From the NCBI GenBank assembly GCA_013239625.1, contig MU053652.1, positions 7,059,902-7,123,901 on the forward strand: 64,000 nt of DNA. The letters are read 5' to 3'. The position numbers and the translations under genes were made by a program. Shown one piece after another: positions 26,873-40,605 of this stretch (positions are counted from its first letter, which is position 1; each line of letters starts with the position of its first letter). The stretch comes from Lama guanicoe (lineage: Eukaryota). The notes below the pieces were generated by a model. That model had not been told where the DNA came from and did no database searches. It saw nothing but the letters and a program-made list of their open reading frames with translations.

Positions 26873-28803
26873 TAGAAAACTTTCAGTCTATTATAAGTTA
26901 TAAATATTGAAGAACTCATCTGAACAACAATATTATTTTTCTTGGTTATGTATAAAATCTATATGCATTAAAAATTTTAAAAACATCAATTCCTTACATA
27001 GAATAATGTCTTGCTTAAGTCCCAAAAAGGAACTGCAATATTTCCTTCTCCCGACTAAAAGCTTCATAGGTTAGTCTCAGTGTCTGTGTTCGATTTTTAA
27101 GAACAAATAAAGCAAAACCCCTAATGATTGGTCAATGGTGTCCTTACTTTAAATATGTACTAATTTACAGTAAATGAGTTAATGATTTACCAACTATGAA
27201 TGACTACTTTTGCCTTCAAATGATTTTAAGACATTACTATTTTGAAAAATTTCAAACTATCCTTCAGTTGCTTTAATTTCATAACTAGATGCAAATAACA
27301 AGTGTTTTTGGAAATATTCCAAAACAGCACCTGACATGGCTTTCTTTATTAGAACAGGATAGCATGTGCTAAATAAAAAGTAAAATATACCCAAGGCTTA
27401 TTATGTAGGTCACAGACAAGAACTTAAACACTTGTTTAAAAAGTTGCACCAGAGTCACCTCTCCTAGACGTGAAATTATTTTCTCAGAATTCTTGGATCC
27501 ATATAAAAGCTGGATTTAAAAAAATTTCTCTAAATACCATTTTCATGCTTATTTGGATACACCTTGTCTCAATTTGAGTCAATGAAAAATGACTTTATTA
27601 TGATCCACAAAGCAGTTTTCCAGTGTTAACATTAATAAAAAATTGAACTAATTAAACTACACTCTAGTCCACAATCCCAGGATACTACTCTATACCCCAC
27701 CCCAATACAAATATCTGTGGTTAGTTTCAAAAGACTCCTATAAAGAAAGTATACTGTTTAAATGAGCATATAAAATAAAATAAATAAAAGTAGACCACCT
27801 ATTGTTGGTGGTAATTTATACCATATTCATTACTCCATGGAGAATACACATTCATGCCATAAACCTTCCACTGTAAATTTTCAGAGAGAAATGCACTTTC
27901 CTTGAGTGATGTGGAAGATCTGACCCATAGTTTCTGTTTATTTGATAAAGATGAGGACCCTCCAGAACGTCTCTCCTGCCCACAGCTTGATTCATCTGAT
28001 TTTTTTCCATATTATGATTATAGCCCAGATAATAATCTCTGTATGCTGCTGTCTTGGTTATCCTACTATGAGTTTAAAAGCAAGAGTGACTGAAAAGCTC
28101 AAAGGATTTTCTAATAAGCTAATTAACATGCTAAAGAGCCATAATAATACCTAATACCCAGGTCCAATGCATTGAAGAGAATAAGAAATTATCCCCTCTC
28201 TTTTCCTCTCACCAAGGGCCCTTCTTCACTAATGTTTCTCTTTTTCTTCATAATTCTTAGAGCTTAGAATTCATTCCTTAACGTTAATTGAGCTTTTGAT
28301 TAAACATTAGATTTACCTATATATTGGATTTTCAAATTCAAATTATTATAGAGACTAGGTAGGAAATGTAATGTAAGTTTAAAAAAAAAGAGTCAGATCT
28401 GATATAATGTCCTATCTAAAGAAGGCAACATCCAGTAAATTATTCTTTTGAGAACTGAGGCACAGTTTTGCTAGAATTTGATTTTTCAGAAGTCATAATC
28501 AAGGTAATTCAATGAAATAATTCCAGCTTTAAATGCTGGCAACCAATTCAAACTCAATAAGAAGCAAACAACTACCGTACGCAGAATCACACTTGTTGGG
28601 TTTAACAATTTACATTTGTTGATATATTCAGTCTTACGTTTCTTACTTCTGTGCTATACAGACATAACCAGTGCAATGTATATAATTATATCATTCTTTT
28701 GTCTCTTCCTACCCATTACAATGTTTGTTTTTCTGGGGCAGCAGGAAAACTGCAGTTTCTTCTTGTAAACAAGGAAAATTCTAAATCCTATATAATTTTG
28801 TAG

Positions 28804-29016
28804 CACTGGTTCTCAACTGGGAGCCATTTTGCCCTGTCAGGGACATTTGGCAATGTCTTTGGACATTTTTGGTCATGGAGAATGGATATGTAACTGGCAT
28901 CTAGTGAGTAGAAGCAGACAGGGATCCTGTTAACAATCCTACAATACACAGGATAGCCCATAACAAAGACTTATCTGGCTCTAAACACCATTGGTACTAA
29001 GGTTGAGACATCTTTG
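28804..29016 (+). mobile_element. MER20 (hAT-Charlie DNA transposon)
   Basis: Colinear with MER20 consensus: cactggttctcaac...gggacatttggcaatgtc...ctggcatctagtg...atcctacaatacacagga...ggttgagaca. Confidence 0.88.
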
Positions 29017-32000
29017 TTATAATATCCCCAAATTCTTAATATTTCCTGAAATTCTTACGAAAGCTTAATGTATGAGACATGAAATTGAAAAGGATTGAAT
29101 AAAAAGGCATGAGGGGACTTAAGGGAAGTTGGAAATGAGATGAATAGTTCCCAATTTGTGGAGTGTTTTAATTTATTCCACTTTTCAGTTGGTGAAAAAC
29201 AATCTGGAATAGAGTCCTTCATTTTATTTCAATTTATTGAAAAGGAAAAGAAGGAAAATCAAACGTATTTATTTTTCTCTACCTTAAGCCTAGATGTTTG
29301 TGTTAAAGTCTGATTCTTCCATCATGTTTAGAGTTCATGCTGTTCTATTTAGATGTTCAATTTACTACTATTACTAATACCAAGAGCCCAAATAATAATC
29401 TAGTATTTCTGACATTTGTGAACATTTGTGGCATATAATAAATACTCAATAAATATTATTAGTATTATTGTTCAGCCCTAAACACCTGCACTTTCAGTAA
29501 TTTTTTGATGGTAAGTCAGTATTTTTCTTTTTCTTAGACTTTCTCATTTTTATTTATTTTCATATGCTTTAACTGAAAAGTTGGAGATTTATTCCAAAAG
29601 ATTTGAGCACGGTAAAATAAACGATCACATACTAAAACTGAAATATCATTGCAGCAGGGCAAATGAATTCATTTGGAAGTATTTTTTCATCTTCTGGGTT
29701 ATCATAAAATTATCAGGGAACTTAAGTTCTCCTAATGAAAATATATTTAAAAGCAAATTTCCTGATGAATCAGCTATCCGAATACATAACCAACATGTAG
29801 ATGCCCAGGGGTCTTGCTCCTTTTTGAGCTCAGGAATCATTTAATGGGGCAGCTCCCTTGCTTGAAAAGTTTCTTGCATTTTCTAATTCATAATCACAGT
29901 AAATTATCTGCTTACATTCTCCACAGAAATTTATATTGCGTATTTCAGGGGCATTGGCTATAGCTGTTGTAATATTTTTTAAGATTTCAAGAGACCACTA
30001 CAGTGAGTCAAATTTTCTTAACAACTTCTGACAAGCATCAAATTCATTTAGACTGAGGAGTTAGTCACCTTGAAAATTTCAGTTCAGCTTAATCTATGGC
30101 CAAGCACATCACCAATTTTACTCAATTTGTTCTCTTGAAAGTAGGGTTGAGGAGTTTACCTTATTTAAAGTATCTACTGGTAACAAGATATATTTTTGTT
30201 CCTCTTGTGTTGGTTTGGGTCTGTTAAAGTCATTTCATAGGACTGGCTGAAATTTTCACTTCTGCCAGTCTGTTTAGGCATTATATACAGGCAGGATTTA
30301 TGTGATTTCAGATTATCTGAATGTTAATTACAAACCCAAGAAACCTTCTACTTCGAAGTTAACCAAAGATTTCAGATTCCTCCATCTTTCTAAAATCAGA
30401 AGACTTTAAAATATAAATATTTTTCTTCTTCTAATCTAATAAAAAATAAAAGTTCTGAGAAATTCTTACTCTGCAGCATGTAATCTTTGCTAACATTAAA
30501 GAAATAGTTAAAAATCAAGAGTTTTGTAAGATTATTTCATTAACACTAAAAGATAGTTATACCAGTATATACAGACATACGGGCACAGTGTAAAGAGTTA
30601 TGAAAAATTCCAGATGATTGCAGCTCCTTGAAACTTCTGGAAATACAGAGCTCATGGATGGTATAATTACATATTTGTTGCACATATTGAGGAATACTAG
30701 CACTTTTTTTTATAGTCTTTCAAACTCAAAGGGATTTATCTAGGACAAACAAATGAACATATTACTTCATGCCATACAACTTCTGTGGATAACATGGAGG
30801 GAAAACATTTCTTCATACATAACATCCCTTGGTATTATTTCTTCCCTTCCTTTCAGGTGATGATGTCACTAACTGACAAAGTTTCAAGTAAGTGTGTCAA
30901 TTTGTATGTGCATATATACAGCTTTGTTAATTCTTAAATTATTGTGAGTACTTAAATATAGTGACATCGAACACTTAAAAATTATCCTTAATATTTCATG
31001 AATTCAGCTTGGATTATCTCCATTTAACACAATTATTCCATTCAACTGCCTTGAAAGTTCAAACGCCCTAGCATTTTAACTCATGGACTGACTCAGTATT
31101 GCCTTTAGACCTGGACAAGTGGGGCCTCTGTCCTAGGCCCTTCCATTCAGAGGATTCACACCACCAAGAGCTTTCCTTAAAATCTTCTATGTCACCCTTC
31201 TGTATCTGGGATACAGCCAGCAATGCCATCTGGATATAGTCCCCTAGGCCAGACTGGTACCCACATGATCCATAGTGCCCGTTTCTCAACTTGGGGCATT
31301 CTCTGATCCAGTATGTGGGCTCAACCAGATGTCCCTAGGAACTCTAGGATTCACTTAATCTACATAGACTTCCCTGGTCTCCATGGTTGAGCTCCAGGGC
31401 TTAAAAGACAGGCTAGTAACAGGATAGTTCCAGATGCTCAGAAAGGTATTTCTTCTGCAGGATCTCATAAGATTGAGCTACCGTAATGATGCAGACACAC
31501 TGACTTAGGTAACTTTCACTCGCATTGGACACAGGGTGAGTTCAGAGTTCTGGGCTTCTGATGAACTACCACTGGCCCTTGGTGATATGAGTTGCATGTG
31601 TGGACCCCTCTACTGTACAGCACACAACGTGTCAAGGGTGGTGGCAGGTGACTTTTATGTGCCCTTGCTACTGACACCCAGGGAGGCCACCACTCCCCCT
31701 TAGCAGGCTCTGTGCACCTGACAGGCATTATCTTCAAAGAAAGCTTTAGAGATTCTTGCTCACAACACCTATCTTTCTGAGTGGCCTTCATTTTTTCTGA
31801 TCAGTGTGGTAATGTTATGATCTCTTGGGTCAGTCTTAAGCTTTGCCAGACAGGAATGGAAATGCCCTTGAAATAGTGGTACTACTCTTGCTCTGTCCAT
31901 GGATCTCTTGCCTAGCCTACTCACAGGAGGCAGTATTTGGAAGGCAGAGGTACAGTTAACATTGAAAGATCACTTTCTAGAAATGCAGCAAATGCAATGA

Positions 32001-32929
32001 TTATAGCCAAAAGAACACAAGGTTGAAAGATGTGTTATTCCACCTTCACACTATAAAATTTTGAATGATAAACTTAATATGAAAATAAATTATTATTCAG
32101 ATTTAACCTGTATACTCTGGTAAAGACTGGAACTTGTAGTTCTCAGCAATGGTACACAGTAACAACCTCCAAGGGAGTCACTGGAAGCCAATATTCATAG
32201 GTAGCACAATAGATGATGGTGCACCATGAACACTGATATAATCAGGATTACACAAATGTTACTAGAGAACTAACTACCGAAGTCTTTCTGCCTGTATAAA
32301 GACCTGTATTATTTCAGTCCAAAGAGACACAGCAGTGAGCTAGAACAGCACTGTTAACTTTATTATCATGGTATAATACAACATACAAAATTGTGCATGA
32401 ATCTTACTTTGGAAAATAAAAACTTTTTAAAAGATGGTGCTGGAGTTGAACAGGAGAGGACAGTGCCTGGAAACTATCAACAAATACATAAGTACTTCTC
32501 TACCCATAATTCTAATGCATAATCAGTAGATCAATGTAGCACACAAGGGTCCATACATTCTGTAAAACATTTTTTTACTCAAATTGTTTATGTAGACTGG
32601 GGCCCAACACACCCTAGGGGATGCCCTGGACTAGCCATCTCTATTGCTGTCATTTGATAGCTATTACTATGTAGTTTAAAATATTTTATCAAGAGAAAAG
32701 AAAAAAAAATAAGACCACAAGGCAAAAAATAACGAGACAAAGTTAACTATTACAAAAAGAAATAATTTTTAAGATAAATCTTACAAACTCCAAATCCATC
32801 TTTCATGTGGTTTATTATGAAAAGATTGAAATTATTAACCCATTCTTTTCTTCTAATTTTTCATTGGTGTTTATATTATGTGTTTATATGTTTGTATATC
32901 TGTGGCCTTTTTTTCACCAATAAGCACAG

Positions 32930-33660
32930 GTCTTGAAAATAACACACTCTGACCGTGAAAACGTTACTGGTGCCAGACTAGCCCTCTGGCCAAAAACAAC
33001 TGAAAAAAAAATCATAAAATATATACAGCAGCTCTTTTTAGAGGACAGCAGGCAGGCAATAGGACAACGGGTAGGAATATACAGAGGTAAGCCAAGAAAT
33101 CACCCTGGCTTTTTTCCTGTGGACATTTTCCAGATTGGGGTGTGAACAGCTGGAACCCAAACAGAGCACAGGGGTCCTGCTGAGCTGCAGAGGCAAGGAT
33201 CAGAGTTCCAGGATGCTAAGTTGGCTGGAGTCTGCAAGACAGAGTACTAGAGAAGAAGAGCTACAGAAATTTTGCGGGGGCTCCTCCAGTATTTAAATTA
33301 TATACTAAACAGTAATACCCAGGGTGAAACTCCATGAGGCTTAGCAGAGAATAGCTGCTGGGGGACGCCATGATCTGACATGCCAGCCAACACTTGGCCT
33401 CCAATGATATATGAAAATGTTAACTGATTCTTCTTACCTGCTTGCGTAGTTTCTCCCATGCCACAAATATGCCATTCTGTATGAGCTGTTAATCCCAGCA
33501 AGAGTCATTTCTGCTTTGTACTCCATGTTACTTAGTTGCCCTGCTACTTCTCTGATGGTCTCAAGAAGTTACGATTTTATAGTTTAACCAGCCATGTATA
33601 GTTCTCAGAATGGACAAGGCTCTTTCCAGTTTTACATATGCAAGGCAGAAGTAGAAATAT
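32930..33660. mobile_element. Old L1 5'-region fragments, possibly of mixed orientation
   Basis: Resembles L1M 5' consensus pieces (caccctggctttttt; ctactagagaagaagagctacag). Confidence 0.45.
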
Positions 33661-35100
33661 CATTCAGTTGATTTTCAACAAAGGCGCCAAAGTAATTACA
33701 TTGGATAAAGGAATGTCTTTTGAGAAAATTATTCTGGGTTAATTGAATATTCATATGGAAAAAAGTGAACCTCAACCACTAATTCACATCATACAGAAAA
33801 TTAATTTAAAGTGAGTCATAAACTTAAATGTAAAGTTAAAGTTCTAAAACTTTCTGAAGAAAACAGGAGTATCTTCATGGCTTAGGGTTAAACATTGATT
33901 TCTCAGACTGGGCACAGAAAGGAAAGCCCCTCACCCCCAAATTTTTAAATGTTAAAGTATACTTCATTAAAAATTTACGCTCATCAAAGAGACACCAGGA
34001 ACAAAATGGACAGGCCAACACACTGTGAATTTTTCACTAGGACAATTTTCACTGGGAGAAAATACTTGCAAAACATCTAACTGACAAAGGCTTATATTAG
34101 TGACATATAATAACCCCTACAAATCGGAAGTTTAAAAAAAAACAAATCAATCAAGTAGGAAAAAGACGTGAAGGGACACTTAAAAAAGAAGAAACATGAT
34201 GACCAATAAGCACATGAAAAGCTGTTCAAGCACTGGTTTTTCAAGGAAATACAAATTAAAAGCACAATGAGTTATTAATAGATGTCTAATATATTAAAAT
34301 TACCAATAACAAGAAATATTCACAAAGATGTAGAGGTATTGAAACTCACAAACTCTTGAAAGTACAAGCACTTTGGGAACGGTCTGGCAGTTTCTTACAT
34401 AGTTAAACATAAATCTATACTATGATCCAGCAATTCCATTCCTAGGTATTTCCCAAGGGAAATAAAAAAAAGTCAGCCTGCAGAAAAACTTGAACAAGAA
34501 TGTTCACAGCAGATTTTCTCATAATTGTGGGGAAAAAAACCCCAAATATTCACTACCATAAGAATAAATAAACAAATTGTGGTATATTAGTGAAATATTA
34601 ATAGCAATACTCAGCAATAAAAAGGGTAAGCCCACATATGCAATTCAGTAAGATACATGAATCTCACAAACATTTTGCTGTGCAAAACAAGATGGACAAA
34701 TTAGTGTACATACTGTATAATTTCATTATTGTGGAGAAAAATTTTAATATAGGCTGTGGATTAGATAATAGCTTTGTTTGAATGCTGACTTCAAAAGTAT
34801 AATGTGTTCTGGAGGAAAATGTTACTTTTAGAAAAACATATTGAAATATTTAGTGGTATAGGACTATATTTGTTTATACTCACCAAAGTTTAAGAAAAAT
34901 GCATGTGTATGTGTGTGCATGTGAGAGAGGGAGAGAGAATGCATGCAAGCAGGTGTGGCAGGAGGAGGATAATAAATAATAAAGCAAATGGAGAAAATGT
35001 GAACCACTGGAAACTGTACAATGGGTATACAGAAATTTCTATTCTTGCAACTTCCCTGTAAGTGGGAAATTATATCAAAATTTTAAAGTTCCAAAAGTTA
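33660..35100 (+). mobile_element. Old L1 (L1ME-like) ORF2 end plus 3'UTR
   Basis: ttgattttcaacaaaggcgccaaag; tatgatccagcaattccattcctaggtatt; tattcttgcaacttccctgtaagt. Confidence 0.85.
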
Positions 35101-35359
35101 GCATGTTCCACTTTATATAATTAAAGTGCATACAAATGTTCTTTAATACCAAATTATTGTTTAATACTCAAGGGAATTCCATAAGGCAAAGTATCTCATC
35201 CTTAAATTTTGACTGAGATGTTTATATATCATATCAGTCATTCTTAATAGCACAATGGATTCCTAAGATACTCAGTGTAAGGCTCCACATAAGACAGGTG
35301 AAAACAGTATTACAATAATTCTTTAAATCACCTTCCTTATGAATTTTGCTGGGTCTTGA

Positions 35360-35900
35360 GACTAATGAGACTGGAGAAGTAAGCCAAAACTAGATCACCA
35401 GCTACCTTATATACTATGCCAAGATGTCTGAATTTTATAATAGGGGGAAAAGGGAGCCATTGAAAGGTTTTAAGAAAGTTTTTTTTCAAGTTTTCATAAA
35501 ATCACTTTGATAAACTGGAGGACTGCAAATTATAGGCAGGAGAAGGAACTAGGAATGTGTTGCCACAATCTAGAAGTGAGAAGAAAAAAAAAGGATTTGG
35601 AGTAGAGATAATATAGATACTAACTGTATTTGAAAATTATTAGGCAGAACCAGAAAGATCTGTTATTGATTCAGCGTGGTGGGAAAGAAAAGAAAGAAGT
35701 AAAGTGTATATTCTGTAAGATGGCAATACAACAGGAAGAACAGATTCAAGAAAATGCTTAGCTCCACTACTGATTTACTGAGTTTCAGTTCTCTGTGTTA
35801 ATGGCCAAGTTGAAATGATCAGCAAAGATCTGTAGTTCAAGAAGGTGATCTGAGCTATAGATAGTACTTAGGAAGGCATCAGCAAATAGATCTATCCTCT
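35360..35900 (-). mobile_element. L2 fragment
   Basis: ggagccattgaaaggttttaag...aaatcactttg is an antisense L2 motif. Confidence 0.6.
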
Positions 35901-37017
35901 TGCTGTGAAATATTGGGTAAATAGCTCTTTAGGTATAATATTTTGAGCCTACATGAAATTCACTGGTAAATGCCAAGTGGTGTCATCATGATCTTTCATT
36001 AAGTCTATTATCTAAATAAATACATTAAAAATTATTAGTGAAAAATGATAAAATACACATGAACCACTAGAAACTGTATACATCCATTACAGTTTCTTTG
36101 AAAGAAATTTCCCTTTTTTCTTTGACATATTTTTCTAATTTTAACCAAATTTTGTTTTCCTGAATGTTAATAATACTGGTTACTAAATGAGAAAATTGTC
36201 TCTAGGCTAGTTTTCAAGTGGCTGATGCTCTAATTATTCAAGTTATGTTACATTTCTTGACAGGCTCCAAATATAAAATATCTCCAAAGATTTTCAATAA
36301 GACACTTGGACTTGTCCAAAAAAGCAGAGAGAGGATAATGTAATTCTAACACATTTGAGATTCTTAATGGTATTAAGATTTTCTACCCGAAGTCAATGCA
36401 AATCCCCAACACAGGAGCACTCCAAGGTTCAGAAAAGCCTTTCTGATAAAAATATTAATAAAAGCCAAGATGTAAACTGGGTGAAAAATCAGTTACTCAC
36501 CCACCCTACCATCAAAGAATAACCTGGAAGTGTATGCATGTGCATAAATACATAAGTGTGCATGTGTATATACATGTATATGTGTATATAGATAAACATA
36601 GATACCAATATCAATCTATAGATATATGAATACCAGTAGGAACTTGGGAGGAAAGCAGTAGAAAGAAAAGTTGGCCGAGTTTCAGAACTGTCTCAACTAC
36701 TTACTCATAGGATCAAAGTACTACTCTCCGAAGAAGTGGAACATCCTTTTGTCTCTTGTCTTGGCTGTTTAGGTAGATCTTAAATCTCTGTTTGCTGGGT
36801 GTGGTTACTGGCAAAAAACAAAAAACAAAAAACAAAAACAAACTTCCGGTTTCAGAAGCTTTCGCCTGGCATAATCCATCCATTTTTCTCCCTATTCAGT
36901 CTAGCCATTTTTACACTATCTATAACAATTGTTATCATTGTGTCAATGTTAATCATAGAAATATAAACTTATTTATACATGTATAACAAAATGATACTCT
37001 TTAAAAGTATATTTCCT

Positions 37018-37195
37018 GGAAGGAAGGTATAGCTCAGTGGTAGAACGCTGTGCTTAGCATACATAAGGTCCTGGGTTCAATCCCCAGCACAACTGTCAAA
37101 AAAACAACCCCCCAAAATAAATAAATAAACTTAATTACCTCACCCCCCCAAAACAAAAAAACAACAAAAAGACTTAAAAGTAAAAATAGTTTTAA
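37018..37195 (+). mobile_element. tRNA-derived SINE (camelid type)
   Basis: A-box tagctcagtgg (37030-37040), B-box ggttcaatcc (37074-37083), body aataaacttaattacctcaccccccc, A-rich tail and near-TSD aaaagtatatttc (37003-37015) / aaaggtatatttc (37196-37208). Confidence 0.9.
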
Positions 37196-38389
37196 AAAGG
37201 TATATTTCATGATTTGCTTCATTTTTTAACTTCTTTTCATTTATGAATTAAGACTATCAGTGTTGAAAAAGTGTCATGACTTTTGGCAATCTGAAATTTG
37301 CTTATAGTACATTACTATTTTAAAAATAGGTGGTGAATTGAACTTCTAGGAGTAGAAATGAGTTCTGTTTCCTACTGTTGTAAAAAGACTGAAAACCATG
37401 GCCTTGGTGAGTTACTTAAAGAAAAATATAGTGTCCTTATATTAAATTTAACTGAACATTATCCAAAAAATCACTTTTCCAAGGAGAGCAATCTGAGATT
37501 TTCTCTCTGACATTTAAATAATGCTTTATCACGTAACTAGAGTTGAGAAAATAATAAATTAAGCCATATGTTCTTATCTAGTTCATGCCCCCAAAGGCCT
37601 AGAGAATGTGCATGGTTTTATAAATCTAAACAAATCAAATAAATGTTTTGCACTTGTAACTTTGTTACCTTTTAGCAAAAAAATGAATTACTGCCAGGGC
37701 AGTCACAGAATTAAGAGGCCCTGTAAACAAAAGAACAGAAGGCTGTCTGCATCTTCACACTAAATTAACAGAACACAAGACAAGTTATAACAGATTATGC
37801 AGTTTACCAAAACAGACAGCTCAGTTACTGTAATTTATCTGGATGGACTGTATATAAAAATATTGATAAATTTAATCTTATTTTGATTATTAATGGGGAA
37901 ATATGACAAAAACTTCTTCAATTTCTCAAGAAATTGAATATATATTTTCAAGGGCAAGATGTAAAAATCTTGAATATTCCCCTCTAAATCTATTTCAGCT
38001 TCTGCTTGTGTTTACAAACCCAAATACTCATGTTTCTTCTCCCTGTAATCATCTGAGCATACACCAGCATGTGTACCTGAGCCCTGGCTACATCCCCCAC
38101 CCTTCTGAGAATTATAATTATGTTCCTCCCAAGCTCCACTAGCTGTGTTTTGTTTTTTAATTTTTTTCACGTACAGAATTAGTCAAGTTTTCTAAGTTAT
38201 ATACCATGAAAAATCAATACAATATTAGGAGCATAGATTTTTGTTTTGCTTATTTACTAGTTAATCCCGTTCTTTTTTTTTCTACTTCCTCTGATGAATG
38301 TATTTACTAAGTAGACTATAATTCTTAGGAGAGTTATTTCCAAATAGGGACCGGTATTCTATTGACTCAATTATGTTTCTTTCTTACTT

Positions 38390-39830
38390 GAATCCCATAC
38401 ATCTCTTCTCCCCTGAAATCTCCAACATCCCTTTCACACATATCACTCCCAGCTAATACCTTTACCTCATACTCACTAAAAAGAAGTAATCAGAAAAGTA
38501 CTTATACATCCCCCCTTCCATCACACCTCCCAAATGACCTGTGTCTGTCCCTATATACTCTGACTTCATTCAATGAATAAATTGTTTGCCTGTGGTCAAC
38601 CTCTTTATTAGTGGACTACATCACTGTCCTCTCTTACTTGGGCAACAATGTCAGTCCTATAATTATCCCCTCTCTGGCATCATTTTTCCACTCTACAAGA
38701 TCATTTCCATAGTCATATAAACATCTAAGTTATACTATTTTAAATTATCTATCTTAATAAAAAAAAACCTCCCTTCATCTATGATCCCTTTATGTCCTGT
38801 ACCCTATTTCTCCATTCTTTTTCCAAAACTCATTGTGACATTTGTCTTTACTTCCTTGCATCTTATTCTCTCTTGAGTGTACCTCATACATCTTTTTGGC
38901 CACACTAATCCAGTAAAACTGCCCTTGTCAGTCAATCTGCTAAACTCTAGATACATGTCCTGGAACCTACTCACTGTATTGATTTCCATGTCTAATAGGT
39001 ATCCTATATTTAATATACCCAAAATCAAATTCTTGATTCTGTTGTTACTTTAACCCCAAACTTGCTTCTCCCCAAGTGTCCACGTTTCCATAAATGACAC
39101 CACATTCACCTAGTGGATTCACCCAGTAAATCTGTTCTTTATCTAACACCTCATGTCCAAACAAACAACAAATCCTCTCAGCACTGCTTTCAAAATATAT
39201 CTTCAATCCAGCCATCAGCACATCTACAACTACTACCTTACTTCTCGCCCAGTATAACACCTTAATTGGTTTCCCTGTCTCCACTTTCTGTCATCCAGAA
39301 TGATTCTCTGGCAACATAAATCACTCCCACTCTCAAAACTCTTTAAAAGGTTTAAAAGCACCATTAGAAAAAAAAAAATCTGTAGTTCTTATCTTGGCTC
39401 TCCAATCCCCCCAAATATGGCTCTTAACTGTATCTCCAGTCTCACCTCCTACCATCATCTTCCTAGCTCACTCACTCCAGCCAAACTGGTCTCTTGCTTT
39501 TAACTTCTACACTTGCTGTTTTCTTTGCCTGGATCATTATTCTCCAAGTGATCCACATGATTTGCTCCTCACTTCATTCAAGTCTCTTATCAAATGTTAC
39601 CAGCTCAGAGAGTTAGTCCCTGACTCCCTTGTTTAAAATAATACCTCTGTTTGCTATCTATCATCTCATGCCACTTTATTTTTCTTCATAACACTAATTT
39701 CTTAATATTATGTATGCAATTATTTTAATAATCTATACATCCCAGTAAATGTAAGCTTAAGGGCACGCTTTATTGACTGAAGTATTCTTATTACCCAAGA
39801 AATACTAGGTGGACAATCATTATTTACCCA
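38390..39830 (+). mobile_element. L2 (L2a-like) long fragment
   Basis: Pyrimidine-rich L2 body (ccccaaacttgcttctccccaag; cctcacttcattcaagtctcttatcaaatgttacc). Confidence 0.8.
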
Positions 39831-39944
39831 TTGAAAATTCACAGAAAGACCAACCTAGTATCACCCAGTTCAAATCCTGAACACAGCTTCATGAAGTCTC
39901 CATGTCTCAATTCCATATTTCCAGAGCAAAGAAGTAATTGGCCA

Positions 39945-40311
39945 TGATTCTATTTCTGGCTTATAAATAAAATTTGTATTTTTTTAGATTCCACATATAA
40001 ATGATATCACATGATATTTGTCATTTTGTTTGACTTACAGACATAGAAAACAAACTGTGGTTACAAGGAGGTAAAAAGGGAGAAGGGATAAATTAGGAAT
40101 TTGGGCATAACAGATACGCATTACTATATATATATATAAAATAGATAAACAACAAGGACCTACTTGTTGGGGAGGGGAACTATATTCAATTTCTTGTAAT
40201 GAGCCATAATGGAAAAAATATACGTACGAATGTATATGTATAACTGAATCACTTTGCTGTACTCCTGAAACTAACATTGTAAATCGACTACACTAAAAAA
40301 TAAGAATTAAA
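39945..40311 (+). mobile_element. Short L1 insertion with a 5' inversion (39945-40037 inverted, 40038-40311 sense)
   Basis: The inverted and sense parts are adjacent in the L1 3'UTR consensus. TSD aaagaagtaattggcca (39928-39944) / aaaaaagtaattgacca (40312-40328). Confidence 0.88.
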
Positions 40312-40479
40312 AAAAAAGTAATTGACCAAATTTATTCTGGTTCCATCAGTTACATATCCCATTAACCACAGTGAAAGGGTAGCAGGCAATACACGCACCA
40401 CTGTACACACAGAGCTATGGGAGCATAATTTCAGAAAAAAGGGATATGAGAAGGCAGGAAAATTAAATAACTTGTCTTC

Positions 40480-40605
40480 ACGTTCATCCATTCAACAAAT
40501 ATTTATTGAGTACTGAAAGTGTGCCAAGAATTCTAGGAAGTAGGATACAGCAGGAACTTGGCAAATAAGAACCTTTCTCTTATAAATCTTTCATTTAGTA
40601 AAGGG
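40480..40605 (-). mobile_element. L2 3' end
   Basis: ttcatccattcaacaaatatttattgagtactgaaagtgtgcca. Confidence 0.8.

Noticed and set aside
37022..37092. tRNA gene
   Set aside because: It is followed by a SINE body, an A-rich tail and a TSD, so it is a SINE head.
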